Of a stretch of 64,000 bases of DNA, positions 37,314 through 51,785 are shown piece by piece. How positions within the stretch are numbered: position 1 is the first letter of the stretch; each line of letters opens with the position of its first letter. The notes under the pieces are model-generated. The model had not been told where the DNA came from, searched no databases, and saw nothing but the letters and a program-made list of their open reading frames with translations. This DNA comes from Oscillospiraceae bacterium (GTDB taxonomy: Bacteria; Bacillota; Clostridia; Oscillospirales; UBA929), in NCBI GenBank assembly GCA_031556185.1, contig JAVBTN010000005.1, forward strand, positions 103,888 through 167,887, written 5' to 3'. Both the position numbers and the translations under genes were made by a program.

Positions 37314-37422
37314 AGGATTTCGCCTCCCACACAGAATTCTGTCGCGCAAGTAAATAGTTTAGCACAAAACCCGAAAAATGTCAACAATCTGTCAGGCGTC
37401 CCGGGGGATTCCAGCGGCAGTC

Positions 37423-40400
37423 TCACTCGGCTGTGGCCAAAATATGATAATCGTCAACCGGTGGCAGTGTGCGTTCGACCTCGTAGTCCCTGTAAACCTC
37501 CATGCCGGAACCGGCGGGCACCAGTTTGCCGATGATGACGTTTTCTTTGAGCCCGAGCAATCTGTCCACTTTCCCCTTGATGGCGGCTTCGGTGAGCACG
37601 CGCGTGGTCTCCTGGAAGGAAGCGGCGGACAGGAAAGAGTCGGTGGCCAAAGACGCCTTGGTAATGCCCAGCAGCAACAGCGAGCAGGTGGCCTCGGTCA
37701 GGCCCTCTTCACCGGCGGCCATGCGCGCGCGGATTTTGGTGTTTTCATCTTCAAATTCAAACAGATCCACCATTGAGCCCAACAACAGGTCAGAGTCGCC
37801 GGCGTTTTCAACTTTTACCTTGCGCATCATCTGGCGCACAATGACTTCAATGTGTTTGTCATTGATGTCAACACCCTGCTGGCGATACACGTGCTGCACC
37901 TCTTGAATGAGGTAGTTGTGTAAAGCCTCCACGCCCCTGATGGCCAGTACGTCATGCGGGGAAAGGGCGCCCTCGGTAAGCTCCTCTCCCTTTTCCACAT
38001 GCTGTTTTTCTTTGACTTTCAAAATGGCCGTGCTGGGCACCTGATACGTTCTGGTTTCACTGGTATTTTCGTCGCGCACAGTGATGACATACAGTGCGCC
38101 CTTGCGCGCTTCCTCCACGGTGATTTCACCGGCGATTTCCGCCAGGACAGCCACACGCTTCGGTTTGCGCGCCTCAAAGAGCTCTTCAACACGAGGCAGA
38201 CCCTGGGTAATGTCGTCTCCAGCGACGCCGCCGGTGTGGAAGGTTCTCATGGTCAGCTGGGTACCCGGCTCGCCGATGGATTGTGCGGCGATGATGCCCA
38301 CGCTTTCGCCGACGTTGACCAGTTCGCCCGTTGCGAGGTTGGCGCCATAGCAAGTGGCGCAGACGCCATGCCGCGAGCGGCAGGACAACAGGCTGCGTAC
38401 TTTAAGACGGGTGACACCGGCATCGACAACGATCTGCGCCTCGGTTTCGCTCATCAGGGTGCCGCGCGGGAAAACCAGTTTGCCGTCAGGGCTGTATACG
38501 TCCTCCGCCAGGTGGCGGCCAATGAGACGGTCGACCAGCGGCTCAATTACGGAGCCCTCCAAGGAAATTTCAAACACGGTGAGGCCGTCATTTGTGCCGC
38601 AGTCGTGTTCGCGGATGATGACATCCTGAGATACGTCGACCAGACGGCGGGTGAGATACCCCGAGTCGGCGGTTCTCAGCGCCGTATCGGCCAGACCCTT
38701 ACGGGCGCCGCGCGAGGAGATAAAGTATTCCAAAACGGTCAAACCCTCGCGGAAATTGGCCTTGATGGGAATTTCAATAGTTTTGCCGGCGGTGTTGGCC
38801 ATCAGGCCGCGCATACCGGCCAGCTGGCGAATTTGGTTCATGCTGCCGCGCGCGCCGGAGTGCGCCATCATATAAATCGGATTGAAGCGATCGAGGTTGG
38901 CCTGCATGGCGGAGGTGACCTTCTTGGTCGTGTCGTCCCACTCCTCAATGACAAGGCGGTAGCGCTCCTCGTTGGTAATAAAGCCGCGCTTGAACTGGCG
39001 GTCAATGGCTGCTACTTTTTTCTCAGCCGTCTCGATGAGCTTGGCCTTCTCCTCCGGCACGACCATGTCGGAGATCGAGATGGTCAGCGCGCCGCGCGTG
39101 GAATATTTGAAGCCAAGAGATTTGACGCTGTCGAGCAGTTCGGACGAGCGCGCAAAGCCATGCTTTTTAATGCACTGCTCAATGATGCGCCCCAGTTCTT
39201 TTTTGCCCGTCAGGAAGGTGATTTCCAGGTCGCAGATGCGCGCCGGATCGCTGCGGTCGACAAAACCGAGATCCTGCGGAATGTGTTCGTTGAACAGCAG
39301 CCGGCCCACCGTGGCGTCAATGATGCGGGTATGGCTTTCGCCATTGTATTCACGTGTGACCCGCACGCGAATGGGGGCGTGTATGCCGATGGCACGCGCC
39401 TCATAGGCCATGATGGCCTCGTCAAAGCTGCCGAACACTTTGCCGGCGCCCTCTTCGTCGCGCTCGATGGTCAGGTAATAGGAACCAAGCACCATGTCCT
39501 GAGTCGGGACGGTGACCGGACGACCGTCTTTGGGATGCAAGAGGTTGTTGGCCGAAAGCATGAGAAACCGGGCTTCGGCCTGCGCCTCGGCGGACAGCGG
39601 CACATGTACGGCCATCTGATCGCCGTCAAAGTCGGCGTTGTAAGCGGTACACACCAGCGGGTGCAGTTTGAGCGCGCGGCCTTCGACCAACACCGGCTCA
39701 AAGGCTTGGATGCCCAGACGGTGCAGTGTCGGCGCACGGTTTAAGAGAACCGGATGCTCCGAAATGATGTTTTCCAACGCGTCATAGACCTCTGTGCGGT
39801 TGCGTTCGACCATCTTCTTGGCGCTTTTGATGTTGTTGGCCTGCCCGTCCTCCACCAGTTTTTTCATGACAAAGGGCTTAAACAGCTCAAGGGCCATCTC
39901 TTTGGGCAAGCCGCATTGATATATTTTCAGTTCCGGCCCCACCACAATGACGCTTCGGCCGGAGTAGTCGACGCGTTTGCCGAGCAGGTTTTGACGGAAG
40001 CGACCCTGCTTGCCTTTGAGCATGTCCGACAGGCTCTTGAGAGCGCGATTGTTGGGACCGGTGACGGGACGGCCGCGGCGGCCGTTGTCGATGAGCGCGT
40101 CCACAGCCTCCTGCAGCATGCGCTTCTCATTGCGCACGATAATGTCGGGCGCGCCGAGCTGCAACAAGCGTTTGAGACGGTTGTTGCGATTGATGACGCG
40201 GCGGTAAAGGTCATTAAGGTCGGAGGTGGCGAAACGGCCGCCGTCGAGCTGCACCATGGGCCGAATTTCGGGCGGGATTACCGGCACCACGTCCAGAATC
40301 ATCCACTGGGGCTGATTGCCCGACATACGGAAGGATTCCACCACTTCCAGCCGCTTAATGATGCGCATTTTCTTCTGGCCGGACGCCTCGCGAAGTTCTG

Positions 40401-40974
40401 CCCGCAAGGAAGCGGACAATTTCTCCATGTCCATTTCGGCCAGCAGCTCGCGGATGGCTTCGGCGCCCATGCCGGCGCGAAAGTCATTTTCATATTTTTC
40501 CAGCATGTCGCGGTATTCTTTTTCAGTGAGAATCTGCTTTTTTTGCAGGGGCGTGTCACCGGCGTCGATGACGATATAGGCGGCAAAATAGAGCACCTTC
40601 TCCAGCAGGCGCGGCGACATGTCGAGAATCAGGCCCATGCGGGAGGGAATGCCCTTGAAATACCAGATGTGTGACACGGGCGCGGCCAAATCAATGTGAC
40701 CCATACGCTCGCGGCGCACTTTGGCCTTGGTGACTTCCACGCCGCAGCGGTCACAGACACGGCCCTTGTAGCGGATTTTTTTATATTTTCCGCAGTAGCA
40801 TTCCCAGTCTTTCTGCGGGCCAAAGATACGCTCGCAGAACAGACCGTCGCGCTCGGGCTTCAACGTTCTATAGTTAATGGTCTCAGGCTTTTTAACTTCG
40901 CCGTGCGACCACTCGCGAATCATTTCCGGGGAGGCCAAACCAATTTTGATGGCTTCAAAGGGGGCGTAACTCAT
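37423..40974 (-). CDS. rpoC: DNA-directed RNA polymerase subunit beta'
   Basis: Zn-finger [23 protein letters not shown] and catalytic NADFDGD. Length is 1183 aa from ATG 40974; the track starts one codon earlier at a TTG. Confidence 0.97.
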   Translation of the reverse strand: MSYAPFEAIKIGLASPEMIREWSHGEVKKPETINYRTLKPERDGLFCERIFGPQKDWECYCGKYKKIRYKGRVCDRCGVEVTKAKVRRERMGHIDLAAPVSHIWYFKGIPSRMGLILDMSPRLLEKVLYFAAYIVIDAGDTPLQKKQILTEKEYRDMLEKYENDFRAGMGAEAIRELLAEMDMEKLSASLRAELREASGQKKMRIIKRLEVVESFRMSGNQPQWMILDVVPVIPPEIRPMVQLDGGRFATSDLNDLYRRVINRNNRLKRLLQLGAPDIIVRNEKRMLQEAVDALIDNGRRGRPVTGPNNRALKSLSDMLKGKQGRFRQNLLGKRVDYSGRSVIVVGPELKIYQCGLPKEMALELFKPFVMKKLVEDGQANNIKSAKKMVERNRTEVYDALENIISEHPVLLNRAPTLHRLGIQAFEPVLVEGRALKLHPLVCTAYNADFDGDQMAVHVPLSAEAQAEARFLMLSANNLLHPKDGRPVTVPTQDMVLGSYYLTIERDEEGAGKVFGSFDEAIMAYEARAIGIHAPIRVRVTREYNGESHTRIIDATVGRLLFNEHIPQDLGFVDRSDPARICDLEITFLTGKKELGRIIEQCIKKHGFARSSELLDSVKSLGFKYSTRGALTISISDMVVPEEKAKLIETAEKKVAAIDRQFKRGFITNEERYRLVIEEWDDTTKKVTSAMQANLDRFNPIYMMAHSGARGSMNQIRQLAGMRGLMANTAGKTIEIPIKANFREGLTVLEYFISSRGARKGLADTALRTADSGYLTRRLVDVSQDVIIREHDCGTNDGLTVFEISLEGSVIEPLVDRLIGRHLAEDVYSPDGKLVFPRGTLMSETEAQIVVDAGVTRLKVRSLLSCRSRHGVCATCYGANLATGELVNVGESVGIIAAQSIGEPGTQLTMRTFHTGGVAGDDITQGLPRVEELFEARKPKRVAVLAEIAGEITVEEARKGALYVITVRDENTSETRTYQVPSTAILKVKEKQHVEKGEELTEGALSPHDVLAIRGVEALHNYLIQEVQHVYRQQGVDINDKHIEVIVRQMMRKVKVENAGDSDLLLGSMVDLFEFEDENTKIRARMAAGEEGLTEATCSLLLLGITKASLATDSFLSAASFQETTRVLTEAAIKGKVDRLLGLKENVIIGKLVPAGSGMEVYRDYEVERTLPPVDDYHILATAE

Positions 40975-41034
40975 CAAATCAACCTTTCAATATGATGGAT
41001 TTGTTGCTTTTGGTGTCGTGCAGGTGACGACGAT

Positions 41035-44769
<3,735 letters not shown>

Positions 44770-45035
44770 CAATCCATCACTCCATCTGTTGTTTATGTTG
44801 CACAAAATGTTACGAAAAGGGGCATTCGACACACACGGATAAGTTGACACGAAAAATAAAAAACCCTTGTGCTTTCTGACAAAGCATGCTAAAATGAAGT
44901 TAATTTGGGAAAGTATCGTTGTTGCAAGAACACAATGTAGGCCAGAATTTTATCACGCCTTTGACGGCCTGTCAAGGTATTTTTTGTGAATTATGTGTTT
45001 GTCCTGTCGGACAATCGTTTGCCGGAAAATTTTCC

Positions 45036-45062
45036 TTGCATTTTACCGGCGTTTTGATACAA
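45036..45062 (+). promoter_or_regulatory. sigma-A-type promoter for the ferredoxin gene
   Basis: TTGCAT (45036-45041), N15, TACAAT (45057-45062), TG-extended. Confidence 0.55.
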
Positions 45063-45104
45063 TAATAGTAGTCCTAATGAGATTGTTGAAAAGGTGGTAA
45101 CAGC

Positions 45105-45275
45105 ATGGCATATTATATCAACGACGATTGCATCAGTTGCGGTGCCTGCGAACCGGAGTGCATTGTTTCGTGCATCTCAGCCGGTGAGGGCAAATACGTC
45201 ATCGACGAGAATGCATGTGTGGAATGTGGCGCCTGCGCCAGCGTGTGCCCTGTCGATGCCCCCCAGCAGCGCTGA
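45105..45275 (+). CDS. 2x[4Fe-4S] ferredoxin (56 aa)
   Basis: Not in the supplied ORF track. Hand translation gives MAYYINDDCISCGACEPECIVSCISAGEGKYVIDENACVECGACASVCPVDAPQQR, with two CxxCxxCxxxC(P) motifs. RBS AAGGTGG lies 7 nt upstream and an intrinsic terminator lies downstream. Confidence 0.9.
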   Translation: MAYYINDDCISCGACEPECIVSCISAGEGKYVIDENACVECGACASVCPVDAPQQR

Positions 45276-45293
45276 CCAGAAACAAGACCACCC

Positions 45294-45328
45294 GAAGGAC
45301 GGACGAAAGCCGTCCTTCTTTTATTTTT
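45294..45328 (+). terminator. intrinsic terminator after ferredoxin
   Basis: GAAGGACGG-acgaaag-CCGTCCTTC followed by TTTTATTTTT. Confidence 0.85.
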
Positions 45329-45401
45329 CGGACCTTGCCCCGTTGCCCCGCCCGGCGTGCCGGACGGGGCGTTGTGCACGCCCACCATCACAAAGACAGC
45401 G

Positions 45402-45430
45402 TTGAGTTTTGCCGTATGGTCGGTTACAAT
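45402..45430 (+). promoter_or_regulatory. sigma-A-type promoter upstream of cupin-rsmI
   Basis: TTGAGT (45402-45407), N17, TACAAT (45425-45430). This leaves a leader of about 95 nt before ATG 45533. Confidence 0.5.
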
Positions 45431-45532
45431 GTTTTCATTGACGGTTCGGCCATGTAGAGTGAACGGCGCCCGGTATTGCTTCACAGACGCAAGAGCGACA
45501 CACTTGACATAAAAATACAAAGGAGGAAGACC

Positions 45533-46000
45533 ATGAGAGACTGTATTCATATCAACGTTGAGGACATCGACGCCATACACAGATGTGTGCATCCTTCCTA
45601 TGCGTTTTCTCGTCGTGACCTGATCCCGGCAGGGGTGGCCGACCGACTTGTGGCCGCCTTGTATGAAATACCACCGGGCAAAGCCAATATTCCTTACCAC
45701 TATCATGCCTTGGGAGAAGAGTGCTTTTTTATACTGCGCGGTGAGGGCCTCGTGAAAACGCCTGACGGTGAGCGGCCTGTGAGACCGGGCGACTTTTTGT
45801 TTTTTCCCGCCAATGAGCGTGGCGCGCACAAACTGACAAACACATCGGAAACCGAGCCGCTTGTCTATCTGGATGTCGACAGTGAGACACCAGTGGACGT
45901 GGCGCTGTACCCCGATTCCGGCAAGGTCGGTGTGTTTGGCGGCGGGCTGCGGCAGCTCTACCGCACAGAAGATCAGGTTGACTATTATGACGGAGAGTGA
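45533..46000 (+). CDS. cupin-domain protein
   Basis: HYHALGEECFFILRGEG...PGDFLFFP...AHKLTN matches cupin motifs 1 and 2. Start trimmed to ATG 45533, after AAAGGAGGAAG. Confidence 0.8.
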   Translation: MRDCIHINVEDIDAIHRCVHPSYAFSRRDLIPAGVADRLVAALYEIPPGKANIPYHYHALGEECFFILRGEGLVKTPDGERPVRPGDFLFFPANERGAHKLTNTSETEPLVYLDVDSETPVDVALYPDSGKVGVFGGGLRQLYRTEDQVDYYDGE

Positions 46001-46003
46001 GTC

Positions 46004-46843
46004 ATGGCTTCTTTGTATGTCGTGCCAACGCCCATCGGCAACCTGGGAGATCTGACGGAACGCGCCCGCCGGGTGCTCTCTGAGGTGGATTTCATTGCCG
46101 CCGAAGACACACGCGTGACGATAAAACTGCTCAACCATCTTGGCCTCAAAAAACCGCTTGTCAGCTACTTTGAATACAACAGCCGCATGAAGGGCGACGT
46201 CATTGGCGACCGGATTGCCAACGGGGAGAACTGCGCGCTGGTCACCGACGCCGGTACCCCGGCCATCAGCGATCCCGGGGCGGACCTTGTGGCGCTTTGT
46301 ACCGAGCGCGGCATCACTGTGACGGCGTTGCCCGGCGCGTGCGCTGTGACGACGGCGCTGGCCGTTTCCGGCCTGCCCACGGGGCGGTTTTGCTTTGAGG
46401 GCTTTTTGGCCATGAACAAAAAAAGCCGACGAGCCCATCTGGACGCGCTGAGGCAAGAGACACGCACCATGGTCTTTTATGAAGCTCCTCACAAGCTGCC
46501 GGCCACGCTGGCCGACCTGACGCAGACATTTGGAGACAGACGTGTGGCGGTCTGCCGCGAGTTGACCAAGCTGCATGAAGAGGTACTGCGTCTGACGCTG
46601 ACCGAGGCATGCGCGCACTTTGCGCAAACGCCGCCCCGGGGCGAGTTTGTGCTGGTGGTGGAGGGGGCGCCCGCGCAGAGCGACAGCATGGGAACCCTGG
46701 ATCAGGCGGTGGAAAAGGCGATGGCGTACATGGAGCAAGGCGTTTCAGCGCGCGATGCCGTGCGCCAGGCCGCCTCGCACATGGGCCATGCGCGCAATGC
46801 GATATACCAGGAGCTGATCAGACGGATCGACGAAGGCGAATAG
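46004..46843 (+). CDS. rsmI: 16S rRNA (cytidine1402-2'-O)-methyltransferase
   Basis: LYVVPTPIGNLGDLTERA, DAGTPAISDPG and FYEAPHKL form the canonical RsmI pattern. Confidence 0.92.
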   Translation: MASLYVVPTPIGNLGDLTERARRVLSEVDFIAAEDTRVTIKLLNHLGLKKPLVSYFEYNSRMKGDVIGDRIANGENCALVTDAGTPAISDPGADLVALCTERGITVTALPGACAVTTALAVSGLPTGRFCFEGFLAMNKKSRRAHLDALRQETRTMVFYEAPHKLPATLADLTQTFGDRRVAVCRELTKLHEEVLRLTLTEACAHFAQTPPRGEFVLVVEGAPAQSDSMGTLDQAVEKAMAYMEQGVSARDAVRQAASHMGHARNAIYQELIRRIDEGE

Positions 46844-46952
46844 GCGTCGCGCCGGACATACAGACTTTGACAATTCCGCAGTGCGGTCGTACAATAAAAC
46901 TTGTCGCGTGTGACGGCAAGATATTTCACTCATAAAGTTGGGAGCGGAAATC

Positions 46953-48467
46953 ATGGTCTCCAAAGTGCGCAGTATGGGACTTCTCGGCGTGACCGGATAT
47001 GAGGTGTCGGTCGAGTGCTTTTTGTCGGGCGGGTTGCCCGCTTTTGACATGGTAGGCCTGCCGGACGCCGTGGTGCGCGAGTCGCGGGAGCGCGTGCGCG
47101 CCGCCACCAAAAATGGTGGCTACGAGTTTCCCATGCGCCGCATCACGGTCAATTTGGCGCCGGCAGACACCCGCAAGGAGGGCGCACTGTATGATCTTCC
47201 CATCTTGCTGGGGCTGTTGTCCGCCCATGAGGAGATTCCCGCACCGCCGACCGACGCCGCCTTTGTGGGAGAACTGTCACTGGAGGGGGCGTTGCGCCCC
47301 GTGTGCGGCATCTTGCCCATGATCTTGGGCGCCAAGAGGTTGGGGATGTCCCGCTTTTTTCTGCCGGCGGGCAACGCGCGTGAGGCGGCGCTGGCCGACG
47401 GCATTGAGATCTATCCCGCCGAGCACTACGCCGACATATTGGCGCACCTGTCCGGAGCAAAACCGCTCTCGCCCCTCGTGCCACGGGGATCGGAGCCGGA
47501 GGAGCGCCCGCTGCCCGATTTCTCCGAGGTGCGCGGGCAGGACAATGTCAAACGCGCGCTGGAAATTGCGGCTGCCGGCGGGCACAACATACTGATGATT
47601 GGGCCGCCCGGCGCCGGCAAGTCGATGCTGGCCCGGCGCATCCCGGGTATTCTGCCGGCCATGACGCGCGCCGAACTGTTGCAGACCATGGAGATCCACT
47701 CTGTAGCGGGTCTGGTGAGCGACAAGTCGCCCCTGCTGCTCTCCCGGCCGTTTCGCGCGCCCCACCACACCATATCGGCTGTGGGGTTGTCGGGCGGAGG
47801 GTCTGTGCCGCGCCCGGGCGAAATATCGCTGGCGCACAACGGCGTGCTGTTTTTAGATGAACTGCCCGAATTTGAACGAACCGCGCTTGAGGTGCTGCGC
47901 CAACCATTGGAGGACGGGTCTGTCACCATCGCTCGTGTGTCGGGTACGCTGACCTACCCTGCGCTGTTTATGATGGTGTGCGCCATGAACCCGTGCCGAT
48001 GCGGCTGGTACGGGCATGCGTCGGGGCGCTGCCGCTGCGAGGCCAAATCTGTGGCAGGCTATATGGGTAGGGTTTCGGGACCGTTGCTCGACCGCATTGA
48101 CATGCAGATCGAAGTGCCGTCGGTGGACTTTGACGCGCTGGCCGACCGTTCTCCGGCCGAGAGCTCAGCCGCCGTCCGGCGGCGCGTGGAGGCGGCCCGC
48201 GCGATACAGCGAGTCCGTTTTCGGGACGACACGCTGTGCAACGCGCGACTCTCGCAGGCGCAGATGGCGGCCTGCTGTGAGATCGACGAGGCGGGCAAAG
48301 CGATCATGCGCAGCGCCTTCGATCGTTTGGGCCTGACCGCGCGCTCCTTTGACCGCATCCTGCGGGTGGCCCGCACGATTGCCGATGTTGAGGGCGCCGT
48401 TCATATCGACGTCCAGCATTTGGCGGAAGCCATACAGTACCGCTCATTTGACAGAAACAAGAGGTGA
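46953..48467 (+). CDS. YifB/ComM-family Mg-chelatase-like AAA+ ATPase
   Basis: Lon-like N-domain, Walker A GPPGAGKSMLARR, LFLDELPEF, and a Cys cluster CPCGWYGH..GRCRC. Confidence 0.9.
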   Translation: MVSKVRSMGLLGVTGYEVSVECFLSGGLPAFDMVGLPDAVVRESRERVRAATKNGGYEFPMRRITVNLAPADTRKEGALYDLPILLGLLSAHEEIPAPPTDAAFVGELSLEGALRPVCGILPMILGAKRLGMSRFFLPAGNAREAALADGIEIYPAEHYADILAHLSGAKPLSPLVPRGSEPEERPLPDFSEVRGQDNVKRALEIAAAGGHNILMIGPPGAGKSMLARRIPGILPAMTRAELLQTMEIHSVAGLVSDKSPLLLSRPFRAPHHTISAVGLSGGGSVPRPGEISLAHNGVLFLDELPEFERTALEVLRQPLEDGSVTIARVSGTLTYPALFMMVCAMNPCRCGWYGHASGRCRCEAKSVAGYMGRVSGPLLDRIDMQIEVPSVDFDALADRSPAESSAAVRRRVEAARAIQRVRFRDDTLCNARLSQAQMAACCEIDEAGKAIMRSAFDRLGLTARSFDRILRVARTIADVEGAVHIDVQHLAEAIQYRSFDRNKR

Positions 48468-48472
48468 CGACT

Positions 48473-49636
48473 ATGACGACCCTACATATCATCCGTCACG
48501 CAGAAGCGGAAGGCAATGTGTACCGCCGCGCGCACGGGCAGTACAACAGCTTACTCACGCCCAACGGCCGCGCGCAAGTGGAGGCGCTGCGGACCAGGTT
48601 CGCCGATACGGTGTTTGACGAGGTCTACTGCAGTGACTTGTACCGGGCGCAGCAAACGGCGACGGCGCTGCGCACAGCCGCCGGCGCCCCCGCCAGGCCT
48701 GTGCAGGCCCTGCGCGAAATCAACCTCGGCGATTGGGAAGACACCCCCTGGGGAGAACTGGCTGTCGCGGATGCCGCGCAGTACGGTGCCTTTGCCAGAG
48801 ATCCCTGGCGCTTTGAGCGGCGGGGGCCGCAGGGCGAGACCATGCAAGACGCCTTGACGCGCGCGTGGGAAGCGCTCCGCGGCATCGCACGCGCCCACCC
48901 CGGCGGCACGGTGGCGCTGACCAGCCACGGCATGGTCATTCGGCTGCTTATGGCGAAATTGTCGGGGCTGCCCATGGAACGGCTGACGGAAATCGCACAC
49001 TGCGACAACACAGGCGTTGCCTGCGTCCGCTGGGACGGCACAACAACGCCCGACATTCTTTTTATGGGGGACAACACCCATTTGGGGGTGCTGTCCACAT
49101 TGGGCAGGCAGCATTGGTGGCGCAAAGACAACAATACCGCCGATGCCAATCTCTGGTTTGTGCCGGCGGATCTACCCCGGCAACTGCCGCAGACGCTGGC
49201 GTGCCGCGAGGAGGCGTGGATGGCGGTGTATGGCTCCCTGTATGGGTTCAGCCCCGGTATCACCGCCGAAAACACGATGCGCATGGCGTCGGCAAACCCC
49301 AGGGCGGTGCTGTTTGCCATGCTGGAGGACAAATTGGTGGGGCTGCTGGAGCTTGACGTGGACGCCGTCACACCGGACAACACAGGCCATATTTCTCTGG
49401 TATATTTGTACCCGGAGGTGCGCGGAAAAGGGCTGGGAATGCAAATGGTCGGCCAGGCGGTGAGCTTTTTCCGCGCGCTCGGCAGGCGCGCATTGCACCT
49501 GCGCGTTGCCGAGACCAACCTGGCCGCCCGCGCGCTGTACGCCAAAATGGGGTTTGTGGAGACGGGCAGAGAGCAGAGCATCAACGGCAAATTGATTGTG
49601 ATGCAAATGGACATCGCCGTACCGCCCGGGCGCTAA
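48473..49636 (+). CDS. histidine-phosphatase (PGAM-like) / GNAT N-acetyltransferase fusion protein
   Basis: The N-terminal half has RHG (LHIIRHAEAEGN) and a later catalytic His (LTSHGMVIR). The C-terminal half has the GNAT acetyl-CoA loop (PEVRGKGLGMQMVGQAV) and ARALYAKMGF. Confidence 0.8.
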   Translation: MTTLHIIRHAEAEGNVYRRAHGQYNSLLTPNGRAQVEALRTRFADTVFDEVYCSDLYRAQQTATALRTAAGAPARPVQALREINLGDWEDTPWGELAVADAAQYGAFARDPWRFERRGPQGETMQDALTRAWEALRGIARAHPGGTVALTSHGMVIRLLMAKLSGLPMERLTEIAHCDNTGVACVRWDGTTTPDILFMGDNTHLGVLSTLGRQHWWRKDNNTADANLWFVPADLPRQLPQTLACREEAWMAVYGSLYGFSPGITAENTMRMASANPRAVLFAMLEDKLVGLLELDVDAVTPDNTGHISLVYLYPEVRGKGLGMQMVGQAVSFFRALGRRALHLRVAETNLAARALYAKMGFVETGREQSINGKLIVMQMDIAVPPGR

Positions 49637-51096
49637 CTCTCGCGCGTACCGGGCACAAACGCAGAGCGCTTGGACTCGGTGATAGAAAAGGTGAACTCGG
49701 TCACATTGTTTTCGCTGGTGACGGTGATTGCCTCTTTTAAGTTGCCCAAAATGGTTTTGACGATATACAAGCCGAGCCCCAAGCTGGCGCTGTCCATCCC
49801 GCGCGACTTGTCGGCCTTGTGGAAGCGTTCGAACACATAGGGGATATCCTCCGGCGGTATAGTCTGGCCGTCATTGCGTATCGAGACCAACAGCTTTCCG
49901 CTCTTTTTTGTCAGACTCATTTTCAGCAGCCCTCCGGGGCTGCTGTATTTTATGGCATTATCCAGCAGGTTGTACACAATCTGTGTGATGGCATCCGGAT
50001 CAGACTGTACAATGACCGCCTCTTCCGGCAGATCAATTTCCACCATCAGTTCGCGTTTTTCAATGGCCGCCTCAAAGGAGAGAAGCGTTCGGCGCATCAG
50101 TTCCGTGAGATCAAAGGGCTTTTTCGCGGGCGTTTGGCCGCTTTGCAGCCGCGCAATACCCAGCATGCTGGACACAAGCCGGGACAGGCGGCGAACCTCG
50201 GCGCGAATGGCTTTGAGATAGTCGGGGCTCTTTTCCTCGGGGATGGTGCCGTCGAGGATGCCGTCCACAAAACCGGAAATGGTCGTCATTGGCGTTTTGA
50301 GCTCGTGGGAGACATTTGCGATAAACCCTGAGCGCAGCTCTTCGGCCTTTTCAAGCGCGTCTGCCATCGCGTTGAAAGCGACAGCCAGTTCGGAAATCTC
50401 GTCGGACGTGGGATCCTCAACAGGCACACGGATGGCAAAGTCACCCTGCGCAAAGCGCTGGGAGGCGACACTCATCAGCCGCAGCGGCTTGGTCATGCGC
50501 CGGGAGGTCAGGTAGGCGGAGACGCAGGCGAAGAGCATGACCGCCAGCGCCGCCAGCATAAAGATGCGGGCAAATCCGCGCAGCAGGCCCTCCTGACTGG
50601 CGGCGGAGGAGACAATGAGAAAACCGCCGATCGTGCCGGTGGGACTGGTAAGCACACGGGCCACCGAAACGCGGTCATCCGGAAAAAGGTCGCTGAGTGC
50701 CTTGTGCGAAAGATCCTTTTTGTCGAGCATCGTCTGCATCAGATCGATTGGCATGCGCTTGCCGACATGGGTGCATTTGCTACCGGTCGGCGCGGAGCTG
50801 GTGTCCGAACAGGCCACGATCCGTCCGGTGCTGTCGCCGACCAACACGGTGGCATCGGCCAGCTTGCCCGCCAGTACGAGCATGGAACTATAGTATACGT
50901 CGGGATATAGCGTGCTGTCGACAATGTACAGTCCGCCCGTGTTGGTCAACAAATCGGCGCTGACGTCCAGCTGCTTTTTTCGCTCAGAGGCATTGTATTG
51001 CGAGGCCAAACTCACAAAAATGACACCCAGCACAAGAAAACTTAACAAAATGAGGGTCGCTGTCAGGAGAAAAGATTTGAAAAAGAGACTTTTCAT
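49633..51096 (-). CDS. sensor histidine kinase (two TM helices, HAMP, HisKA, HATPase_c)
   Basis: H-box VSHELKTPMT, N-box LLDNAIKYS and G-box GLGLYIV. Four-nt overlap with the upstream response regulator gene. Confidence 0.9.
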   Translation of the reverse strand: MKSLFFKSFLLTATLILLSFLVLGVIFVSLASQYNASERKKQLDVSADLLTNTGGLYIVDSTLYPDVYYSSMLVLAGKLADATVLVGDSTGRIVACSDTSSAPTGSKCTHVGKRMPIDLMQTMLDKKDLSHKALSDLFPDDRVSVARVLTSPTGTIGGFLIVSSAASQEGLLRGFARIFMLAALAVMLFACVSAYLTSRRMTKPLRLMSVASQRFAQGDFAIRVPVEDPTSDEISELAVAFNAMADALEKAEELRSGFIANVSHELKTPMTTISGFVDGILDGTIPEEKSPDYLKAIRAEVRRLSRLVSSMLGIARLQSGQTPAKKPFDLTELMRRTLLSFEAAIEKRELMVEIDLPEEAVIVQSDPDAITQIVYNLLDNAIKYSSPGGLLKMSLTKKSGKLLVSIRNDGQTIPPEDIPYVFERFHKADKSRGMDSASLGLGLYIVKTILGNLKEAITVTSENNVTEFTFSITESKRSAFVPGTRES

Positions 51097-51785
51097 AATG
51101 TCTTCACTTCAAATTTATAGCCGACACCCCACACGGTCTTAACGGTCCAGGTCTCACTGACGCCTTCCAGTTTTTCGCGCAGTCGTTTGATGTGCACGTC
51201 GACCGTGCGTGAGTCGCCGAAATAGTCGAACCCCCAGACCTCGTCGAGCAACTGATTGCGGGTAAAGACACGGTTGGGTGCGGAGGCTAGGTGAAAGAGA
51301 AGCTCCAGCTCTTTGGGCGGCGCGTCGACCACCTTGTCGTCAACGGTGAGCGTGTAGGCCTCCATGTCAATGACCAGTTTGTCAAAAAACAACTTTTTGC
51401 CGCCGACGGTCGCGCTCTCTCCGCCGAAACGGCGCAGCACAGCGTGAACGCGGGCGATGACCTCTTTCATATCAAAGGGTTTCACGATATAGTCGTCGGC
51501 GCCCATCTCCAGGCCGGACACTTTGTCGAGGGTCTCGCCCTTGGCGGTGAGCATGATGATGGGCGTTTTGTGTGTGGCGCGAATTTCACGACAGACCGAC
51601 CACCCGTCCATGACGGGTAGCATGATGTCCAGCAGCACGAGATCGGGCTCCAGCTGGCGAAACGCCAGCAGCCCCGCGCCGCCATCGGCGGCTCCCACGA
51701 CAACAAAGCCATCCTTCTCCAGATAAATGCGAAGCAACTGCGCGATGTTGGCGTCGTCTTCCACAACCAGAACACGCTTCGACAT
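51093..51785 (-). CDS. OmpR/PhoB-family response regulator
   Basis: Receiver domain (VLVVEDD...DLVLLDIMLP...MLTAKG) plus a winged-helix C-terminus (RTVDVHIKRLREKL...TVWGVGYKF). Start trimmed to ATG 51785. Confidence 0.92.
   Translation of the reverse strand: MSKRVLVVEDDANIAQLLRIYLEKDGFVVVGAADGGAGLLAFRQLEPDLVLLDIMLPVMDGWSVCREIRATHKTPIIMLTAKGETLDKVSGLEMGADDYIVKPFDMKEVIARVHAVLRRFGGESATVGGKKLFFDKLVIDMEAYTLTVDDKVVDAPPKELELLFHLASAPNRVFTRNQLLDEVWGFDYFGDSRTVDVHIKRLREKLEGVSETWTVKTVWGVGYKFEVKTL

Noticed and set aside
45113-46738. 541-aa minus-strand ORF, the longest unassigned ORF in the track
   Set aside because: It is antisense to three well-supported plus-strand genes (ferredoxin, cupin, rsmI), each with an RBS and family motifs. 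Its translation is Arg/Gly/His-rich and low-complexity with no recognisable motifs or RBS. This is a typical high-GC shadow ORF.
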